Below, piece by piece: positions 25,796-32,000 of a stretch of 32,000 nt of DNA. The notes below the pieces were generated by a model. The model did no database searches, had not been told where the DNA came from, and saw only the letters and a list, made by a program, of their open reading frames with translations. The DNA comes from Thiomicrorhabdus sediminis (lineage in GTDB: Bacteria; Pseudomonadota; Gammaproteobacteria; Thiomicrospirales; Thiomicrospiraceae). Positions within the stretch are counted from its first letter, which is position 1. Every line of letters starts with the position of its first letter. The DNA is taken from positions 45,630 through 77,629 of the forward strand of contig NZ_CP040602.1 of the NCBI RefSeq assembly GCF_005885815.1, read 5' to 3'. Both the position numbers and the translations under genes were made by a program.

Positions 25796-27741
25796 GGTTT
25801 ATCCGTTGTTGTCTGATGGTTCTGATTCTGTTGATATTGATATTCGAATTTACGTTTTAGAAACAGTCCGGGTTGATCTGGAATCTGCTGTAACCAGTTA
25901 CGCTGCGCCTGTTGCTGTTCGGTTAGTGGCTCGTCTGAATCGAATTGAGCAGCCTTATTATCGCTTGGGTATTTTTGTGATTCTTTAGCAGTTTTATCAG
26001 TTAATCGAGGTTTTTTGTCGCTATCTGCATTATTTTGTTGCGAACTGCCTTGATCTTGTTTGTTGATATCGGCGTCTTTTTGTTTGCTTTCTTGTGCTTG
26101 TTGGGAAGCACCGGCTTTATCCTCCGCAGACGGATTGGCTTTTGATTTAGGATCGGCCGACTGTTTATCTCTGTTTTGAGCGTTTTGCTTTTGTTGTTGC
26201 CCTTCGTGCTTGGTGTCTTTAGTTTCTGTTGTTGGAGAAGCTTGCTCGGTCTTTTCGCTGCTTTCAGTTTTAGCGGATTCTTGTGGGTGTTGTTTGCTAC
26301 GGTTCTGATTTTGTTCGGCTTTGTTTCGCTGTTGATTAAGTTGCTCAACCACGGCCAGGTTGTCTTTGGCTTGCTGCCAATCAGGTTTGAGTTGCAATGC
26401 CTGTTTATAGGCTTTTATCGCTTCTTCAAGTTGGTTATCCATCGCCAGGGCATTGCCCAAATTATAAAACCCTTGGGCACTCTTATCGGTAGCAAAAAGT
26501 TGAGCCGCTTCTTTATATTTGCCTAGCTTATATAAAGCGCTGGCGCGCCATTGAGGGTCGGTAAATTGTGCTTCGGCAGCGCTATACTGGTTGTTTTGCC
26601 AAGCTTGGTAACCGAGTTGATCGGGTGATTTGAACAGATCGCTCCATACCGTTTCATTAGCTTGAGCATAGCTTGGTTGTGGTTGCAGGGTTAAAAGTGG
26701 TGAAATGAAAAACAGGCTGAATAAAATGCCGCGACGATAAAACAGAGCCACCGCTGGAATAATCAAAAACAGTAAAAAGATGCCGACATCCAATGGATGT
26801 TGTACCGATTTCCCCGGCTCTTTTTCATTATGGGTTGCGCCCTTATCAAATGGCGGTAACAAGCTGCCGGTTTGCTGTTTGGCGGCATTAAACTGGGTCC
26901 AGTTGAATGTCACACCTCGTTGATTGGCGACTTGCACCAATTGCCTAAAATTATCCAGTGGCAGGGTGGGATGCACTAATTGACCGCTATTGTCTTTAAG
27001 CAAGCCGTAATTGGGAATTTGTACTACGCCACCGGCTTGTGTGCCAACGGTCATTAGACTAATGCTGTAATCATGTTTTGCCAACCATTCGCTGATTGGT
27101 TGGATTTGGTCGTTTTCCAGATCATCGGTGATCCAGATAATATGCCCTTGCGTGACCTGATTACCCTTTAACAGTTTAGCCGCCAGTTGCAAAGCTGATA
27201 GAGGATCCGAGCCATAGCCCGGCATCAGCAAGGGATCGAGTGATGGCAATAGGTTGAGCAGGGTCGCGTTGTCTTCGGAGATCGGACTGATCGTATGCGC
27301 CGAACCGGCATAAGCCACCATCCCGGTGGCATATTCAGGGTGTTGTTTTAACAGGTCGGTAAGCAGATATTTAATGCGCTGCAAGCGCTCTGGCGGTATA
27401 TCGTCCGCCATCATCGACAGCGATAAATCCAAAACAATCACGTTACCTTGATGAGACTTTTTTGCCGGAATCTCTATTGCTTTAAGCCACGGGCCTGATA
27501 GGGCAAATATCATTAGAATCCAGACAAAAGCGAGCAAGGCGAGAATCATTTTCTGATTCAGGCTAGGTCCTTGTTGTGCGCTATTTGCTAGCAGTAGCTT
27601 TTGGAACTTGGCGGCAATAATCTGGTTCCAGGCACCGTTTTGATGTTGTTTTTGCCAGCCTAGATAAAGCAATAGCAACATCGGCAATAGAGCCAAAAAC
27701 CACCAAGGACGTAAAAAGTGCAATTGATTAAGGATTTCCAT
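25789..27741 (-). CDS. batB: VWA domain protein fused to TPR repeats and a low-complexity tail (BatB-BatC like)
   Basis: N-terminal TM, VWA MIDAS motif VLDLSLSM, internal TM pair, TPR repeats (YKLGKYKEAAQLF...YNLGNALAMDNQLEEAIKAYKQALQLKPD), then about 150 aa rich in Q/K/E/S/D. Confidence 0.8.
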   Translation of the reverse strand: MEILNQLHFLRPWWFLALLPMLLLLYLGWQKQHQNGAWNQIIAAKFQKLLLANSAQQGPSLNQKMILALLAFVWILMIFALSGPWLKAIEIPAKKSHQGNVIVLDLSLSMMADDIPPERLQRIKYLLTDLLKQHPEYATGMVAYAGSAHTISPISEDNATLLNLLPSLDPLLMPGYGSDPLSALQLAAKLLKGNQVTQGHIIWITDDLENDQIQPISEWLAKHDYSISLMTVGTQAGGVVQIPNYGLLKDNSGQLVHPTLPLDNFRQLVQVANQRGVTFNWTQFNAAKQQTGSLLPPFDKGATHNEKEPGKSVQHPLDVGIFLLFLIIPAVALFYRRGILFSLFFISPLLTLQPQPSYAQANETVWSDLFKSPDQLGYQAWQNNQYSAAEAQFTDPQWRASALYKLGKYKEAAQLFATDKSAQGFYNLGNALAMDNQLEEAIKAYKQALQLKPDWQQAKDNLAVVEQLNQQRNKAEQNQNRSKQHPQESAKTESSEKTEQASPTTETKDTKHEGQQQKQNAQNRDKQSADPKSKANPSAEDKAGASQQAQESKQKDADINKQDQGSSQQNNADSDKKPRLTDKTAKESQKYPSDNKAAQFDSDEPLTEQQQAQRNWLQQIPDQPGLFLKRKFEYQYQQNQNHQTTTDKPW

Positions 27742-28769
27742 TACAGCGCGCTCCTAAACCGCCATGCGGCGGCGAAAAAGCTTAATAACAGAGCCAAAGC
27801 CAAAGGCCAAATATAGAGTTCACTCCGTAACCGGTAGCTGTAGATATCATGCTCAACCGATTCCAACTGGTTGATGTGCTGATAAATCTGTGCCAGTTGT
27901 TTGGTGTCGTTGGCTTGAAAAAAGGCACCCCCGGTGATTTTGGCGATTTGTGTTAGCGCTTCGATATCCATATCCGGCTTTTGCGCGAGGAAATTATCCA
28001 AACCGACCCGGCTACGAACCTTACCGACCCCAACCGTATAGATCTTCAAGCCCATTTTCTTTGCCTGCTGGGCGGCATCGAACGGATCTACTTCGCCGTC
28101 TGTATTGGAACCGTCTGTGAGCAGAATAAGCACCGAATCGCTGAGTTTTTGTTGCTGTTTATATTGGTTGAGGTGTTTAAGGCTCAGACCTATCGCATCA
28201 CCGATAGCGGTATTGTTTCCGGCCATACCGATTTCGGTTTCCATTAGCAGGGTTTTTACCGTATTTAGGTCGTAGGTCAGAGGACTCTGTAAAAAAGCCT
28301 GACTGCCAAAGACAATCAACCCCATTCTGTCGCCTCGGCGTTGGTTGATAAACTCGGAAACCACCGCTTTGACCGCTAGCAGTCGATTGACTTCATCGCC
28401 ACCTAGATACATATCGGTTTTTTGCATACTGCCGGATAAATCGACGGCTAACATCATCTCCTTGCCGCTGGCTTCAAAGGGTGTGCTATCAAGATAGTAA
28501 ACCGGACGGGTTGCGGCCAGAATCAAGCTGATCCAGAGTAAAACCGCCAGAACCGATAGCCTCGATTTTTGTTGTTGCGGATCGATTAGGCTTTGTTCAG
28601 GCATTTGTCCATTGATGCGTTGAATGATTTGCGGTGCCAATAGCGGAGACTGCTGCTGTTTGACCGGTTTTATGACAAAGCGCAGTAGCCAGGGTAGTGG
28701 CAATAAAGCCAGCATCCACGGCCAGAGCAGATCAACTTGTGCAATATGATTCAGCAAACCGTTCCACAT
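27741..28769 (-). CDS. batA: VWA domain-containing membrane protein (BatA like)
   Basis: Two N-terminal TMs, MIDAS motif AVDLSGSM, LLTDGSNTDG and a C-terminal TM. TAATG overlaps on both sides. Confidence 0.85.
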   Translation of the reverse strand: MWNGLLNHIAQVDLLWPWMLALLPLPWLLRFVIKPVKQQQSPLLAPQIIQRINGQMPEQSLIDPQQQKSRLSVLAVLLWISLILAATRPVYYLDSTPFEASGKEMMLAVDLSGSMQKTDMYLGGDEVNRLLAVKAVVSEFINQRRGDRMGLIVFGSQAFLQSPLTYDLNTVKTLLMETEIGMAGNNTAIGDAIGLSLKHLNQYKQQQKLSDSVLILLTDGSNTDGEVDPFDAAQQAKKMGLKIYTVGVGKVRSRVGLDNFLAQKPDMDIEALTQIAKITGGAFFQANDTKQLAQIYQHINQLESVEHDIYSYRLRSELYIWPLALALLLSFFAAAWRFRSAL

Positions 28770-29317
28770 TATTGGTGATGTCCTTTAATCCATTTGTAGG
28801 CATAGTCATACCAGATCTGCACCGCATTTTTTACCGAAAGAGTTTGCTGATTGGCTATTTGTATTTCGGTTCGCTCCTGATAACCTAGCATCATAATCGC
28901 ATTGAGATTATCCGGTTGGGCAATGAACTTGCAGCGGTTCTGCAAAAAATCGAGCCAGGCTTGATCTATCAATGCCGCGGTGGCATTACGTCCATAAGCG
29001 CTGAGTGCGACCTGCTTTACCAATTGGTTGATTTCAGCGATTTTTTCGTTGGCGCTAAGATGTTCGGCCTGTTGAATGACCTGTAATTTTTTTAGTGCCT
29101 GATGGCGGTAGCGATTGCGGCGTTTCTGCTCGAGGAAATACCAAGTCACACCGACAATCGCCATTATCAGAGCGAAAATCAGTAGCCAGGAACTATAAGA
29201 AAGCGGCCACCAGCCGACAGGGTCGGGCAATTGAATATCGTGCAGTTGTTGGCCAAGCGCTGCACTTAGCTGAGTCGCATCATTCAGGTTATTCGGGTTG
29301 TCCATTACATTGGGCAC
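28769..29317 (-). CDS. DUF4381 domain-containing membrane protein
   Basis: 182 aa. Contains LHDIQLPDPVGWWPLSYSSW followed by one TM. It sits between DUF58 and BatA, as in Bat operons. Confidence 0.6.
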   Translation of the reverse strand: MPNVMDNPNNLNDATQLSAALGQQLHDIQLPDPVGWWPLSYSSWLLIFALIMAIVGVTWYFLEQKRRNRYRHQALKKLQVIQQAEHLSANEKIAEINQLVKQVALSAYGRNATAALIDQAWLDFLQNRCKFIAQPDNLNAIMMLGYQERTEIQIANQQTLSVKNAVQIWYDYAYKWIKGHHQ

Positions 29318-29332
29318 AAGACTTCGCCTCCA

Positions 29333-30268
29333 TTAGACAATTAATTGTTGTTGCATTAAAGCCGACATCGGGTTTGCCGCACTGGATACCTCTATCAGGG
29401 CGATACCGAGTTGACTGCATCGATCAAAGGTTTGCCGCCACTGCTTTTGATAAAGGTCTTGATAGGCGGCTTGGGTTTTTGAGTTACTGCTATCGAGTTG
29501 CAGCCAGTTATCGCTCTGCAAAGAGGGGGTCAGGCTAAGCCAACCGAAGTGTGGTAGCTGTTTTTCCAAAGGATCATAAATGTGGATCGCGCTGACATCG
29601 GCTTTTTTGCTCAATTGCAGTAATTCTTTGGTAGCGCATTGCGTCATATTGATCATATCGCCGATTAAAAACACCTTGTGGTTGGCGCTCGGGCTCAATA
29701 AAAGTTGTTTGAGTGCCTGAGGCCAGTCTTTGGCGTTGGGTGATTGCGGTTGACGCAACTGGTTTTGTAAGGCAATCGCCTGTTGCAGGCAAAAACCCCA
29801 CTCCGAGGTTTGACGTTTTGCCGCCTGCCAGTGGTGTTTTTGCCCGTTGAACAGCAGAGCACCGATACGTTCATTTTGCTGTAATGAGACCCAGCCCAAG
29901 ATTGCCGCGATATTTAATGCCTGCGCCGCTTTGGTATGGACTCGCGAGCCGAAGAACATATTGGCGGTCTGTTCAACCACCACCAAGGCGGGACGTTCGT
30001 TTTCCTCAATAAACAGCTTGGTATGCGGTTTTTGCGTGCGTGCGGTGACACGCCAATCTATATGGCGGATGTCGTCACCGGGTTGATATTGGCGTACCTC
30101 GCTAAAGCTCATGCCACGACCTTTTTTCAACGCAGTATGCTCACCACTGTGATGGGCGAGTTGATTGGGCTGGTGTTTGAGTTTCTTTTGCTTCACGTGA
30201 AACCTGAACGCCACCAGTTCATCCAATTGGCTGTACAGACTGTCATTATCCATAGCATTCGCAGTCAT
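29333..30268 (-). CDS. DUF58 domain-containing protein
   Basis: Canonical DUF58 core GEHTALKKGRGMSFSEVRQYQPGDDIRHIDWRVTART. It lies immediately downstream of moxR. Confidence 0.85.
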   Translation of the reverse strand: MTANAMDNDSLYSQLDELVAFRFHVKQKKLKHQPNQLAHHSGEHTALKKGRGMSFSEVRQYQPGDDIRHIDWRVTARTQKPHTKLFIEENERPALVVVEQTANMFFGSRVHTKAAQALNIAAILGWVSLQQNERIGALLFNGQKHHWQAAKRQTSEWGFCLQQAIALQNQLRQPQSPNAKDWPQALKQLLLSPSANHKVFLIGDMINMTQCATKELLQLSKKADVSAIHIYDPLEKQLPHFGWLSLTPSLQSDNWLQLDSSNSKTQAAYQDLYQKQWRQTFDRCSQLGIALIEVSSAANPMSALMQQQLIV

Positions 30269-30298
30269 AACTAAGCATCATCTCAAGATAGCGCTGAA

Positions 30299-31267
30299 TC
30301 AGGTTACCGGAACCAGTTGAAGAATCTGGTTGATAACCGTATCGCAATCAACGCCTTGTGCCTCGGCCTCGAAACTCAATAACAGCCGGTGGCGGAAGAC
30401 ATCATGGATCACCGCCTGAACATTGTCTGGGCTGACAAAGTCTTTACCGTGTAACCATGCATGGGCACGGGCGCAGCGAGACAGCGCAATGGTAGCGCGC
30501 GGGCTGACACCTACGGCAATCTGCTGGGCAAGTTCATCGGAGTAGCTTTTGGCTTCGCGTGTAGCCATGACCAGTTCGACCAGATAGGTTTTGACATTGT
30601 CGGCCACATGGATATCGAGAATCTGCTGGCGTGCCTCGAACAGCTTATCCTGAGTTAAATGGCTGGCTGCAGCGGTGGCTTCTTTGCGACGCGCTTCGTT
30701 TTCGACCAGATCAAGAATTTGACGTTCGCTTTGTGCATCCGGGTAGCCGATATTGACATGGAGCATAAAACGGTCGAGCTGCGCTTCCGGCAATGGATAG
30801 GTGCCTTCCTGCTCCAACGGGTTTTGGGTCGCCATGACCATAAAAAGCTGTTCCATCGGTAAACTGCGTTTACCGACACTGACCTGACCTTCAGCCATCG
30901 CCTCAAGCAAAGCGGCTTGCACCTTAGCGGGCGCACGGTTGATTTCATCGGCAAGGATCAGGTTATGGAAAATCGGCCCGGACTGGAATTCGAAAGCGCC
31001 GTTTTCCGGGCGATAGATTTCGGTACCGGTAATGTCAGACGGCAGCAAATCGGGGGTGAACTGAATGCGATGGAAGCTGCCTTCGATAAAATCGGCAAGG
31101 GTTTTGATTGCCTTGGTTTTGGCAAGACCCGGTGGGCCTTCGACCAGTAGATGACCATCGGCTAACAGTGCAATTAACAGACGTTCGGTTAAGTGCTGCT
31201 GACCGATAATATGTTGATTGATTTGCTGTTGTAGTTGTTGAAAATCCTGTGCGAGGTTATTGGCCAC
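30299..31267 (-). CDS. moxR: MoxR family AAA+ ATPase
   Basis: Walker A GPPGLAKT, Walker B LILADEINRAPAKVQAALLEAM, ATQNPLEQEGTYPLPEAQLDRF, 322 aa. Confidence 0.92.
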   Translation of the reverse strand: MANNLAQDFQQLQQQINQHIIGQQHLTERLLIALLADGHLLVEGPPGLAKTKAIKTLADFIEGSFHRIQFTPDLLPSDITGTEIYRPENGAFEFQSGPIFHNLILADEINRAPAKVQAALLEAMAEGQVSVGKRSLPMEQLFMVMATQNPLEQEGTYPLPEAQLDRFMLHVNIGYPDAQSERQILDLVENEARRKEATAAASHLTQDKLFEARQQILDIHVADNVKTYLVELVMATREAKSYSDELAQQIAVGVSPRATIALSRCARAHAWLHGKDFVSPDNVQAVIHDVFRHRLLLSFEAEAQGVDCDTVINQILQLVPVT

Positions 31268-31311
31268 AAATACACCCTTTTTGTTTGGCTCTAGTAAAAG
31301 CGTTTCCCCGC

Positions 31312-31340
31312 ATTATACTCAAATCGTCTCAGGGTGGCAG
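31312..31340 (-). promoter_or_regulatory. Sigma70-type promoter candidate for the moxR operon
   Basis: On the minus strand CTGCCA (4 of 6 to TTGACA), 17-nt spacer, TATAAT, about 45 nt upstream of the moxR ATG. Confidence 0.3.
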
Positions 31341-31404
31341 GGTTGAGAGCGAAAAGTAAAACTTTGTTCAGAGTGTCGTTGCGAGGAGTTGTTCAAATAG
31401 TGCT

Positions 31405-32000
31405 TTAGAGCAGTTCTATCCAGTGTTTTACCGGGGTTTTGGTGGCTTTTTGCAGGTGCATCAGGCAGCCGATATTGGCGGTGACAATAATCGGCGGTTT
31501 GGTGTCTTCCAATTGCTCGATTTTATTGGCGCGTAACTGCTTGGCGAGCTTCGGTTGAAGGATTGAATAGGTGCCAGCCGAGCCGCAGCAAAGGTGAGCA
31601 TCCTTTGGCAGGCTGACACGGTAGCCCAAACGGCGCAAGGTATCTTCCACCAGGCCGGGTAATTTCTGTCCATGTTGCAAGGTACAGGGCGAATGATAGG
31701 TGACACGCTGGTTTTTATAGTGGGTGAAGGCCGATAGATCCTGCTTGGCGAGAAATTCGGCGATATCGACACTGGCATCACTGATAATTCGCGCCTTGTC
31801 TGAGTATTCCTCATCGTTTCTCAACAGATGGGCATAGTCTTTGAGCATGACTCCGCAACCACTGGTATTACTGATAATCGCCTGACAGCCTTGTTGCAGA
31901 TAGGGAAGCCAATCATCGATATTGCGTTTGATCTTAATCAGCGCATCGTCACTGGCACAAAGGTGTTCATCCATGGCTCCGCAACAGTTTTTCTGTTCGC
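31405..32000 (-). CDS. glcF: Glycolate oxidase iron-sulfur subunit GlcF (3' part; gene continues beyond the window)
   Basis: The frame stays open to the window edge (..EQKNCCGAMDEHL..). Contains the CCG-domain motifs CCGSAGTYSILQP and IVTANIGCLMHLQ, and the C-terminus PVKHWIELL. Confidence 0.85.
   Translation of the reverse strand, partial: EQKNCCGAMDEHLCASDDALIKIKRNIDDWLPYLQQGCQAIISNTSGCGVMLKDYAHLLRNDEEYSDKARIISDASVDIAEFLAKQDLSAFTHYKNQRVTYHSPCTLQHGQKLPGLVEDTLRRLGYRVSLPKDAHLCCGSAGTYSILQPKLAKQLRANKIEQLEDTKPPIIVTANIGCLMHLQKATKTPVKHWIELL

Noticed and set aside
26001-26348. 115-aa lysine-rich ORF on the minus strand in another frame of the VWA-TPR gene.
   Set aside because: It is an artefact of the skewed low-complexity DNA encoding the Q/K/E/S-rich linker. 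The main frame is continuous and flanked by conserved domains.
25860-26350. Possible tandem repeat or contingency locus in the G/T-rich DNA of the BatB-like low-complexity region.
   Set aside because: I could not identify any exact or near-exact repeating unit by eye. It looks like compositional bias rather than a true tandem repeat.
1-32000. Looked for CRISPR arrays, tRNA/rRNA genes, IS elements, integrases, phage genes and toxin-antitoxin or known defence-system genes.
   Set aside because: I found no repeat-spacer periodicity, no cloverleaf-like candidates in intergenic regions, no transposase, integrase or recombinase-like ORFs, and no inverted terminal repeats.

Overview
The window looks like chromosomal DNA from a low-GC Gram-negative bacterium. 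GC is about 40-47% in coding DNA by hand counts of short samples, and intergenic DNA is very AT-rich. Gene content fits a marine sulfur-oxidising gammaproteobacterium of the Thiomicrospira/Hydrogenovibrio type, but I cannot verify that. I see no rRNA, tRNA, CRISPR array, IS element or integrase. Left to right: a translationally coupled Mrp cation/H+ antiporter operon (mrpA/B-C-D-E-F-G, 5' end truncated by the window); a YeeE/YedE sulfur-compound transporter; an orphan CheY-like receiver with a C-terminal tail; an AT-rich spacer with a small HTH-like ORF; divergent lrp/asnC and leuA; a Na/Pi-cotransporter-family gene; an ArsJ-like MFS transporter; yjbQ; prlC; the divergent unit described next; lplT-aas; a six-gene MoxR/DUF58/DUF4381/BatA/BatB-C/BatD operon; and the 3' part of glcF. 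The most interesting locus is 16715-20518. Two tandem secreted DsrE/COG1416-like proteins and an OprO/P-like porin lie on the minus strand, facing an ECF sigma factor and its anti-sigma on the plus strand. The extracytoplasmic domain of the anti-sigma is a third paralogue of the same DsrE-like fold, with a Cys at the same distance from the C-terminus in all three copies. I read this as a candidate periplasmic sulfur-species sensing and handling module that I do not recognise as a described system. Everything rests on reading the translations and DNA by eye; no searches were run.
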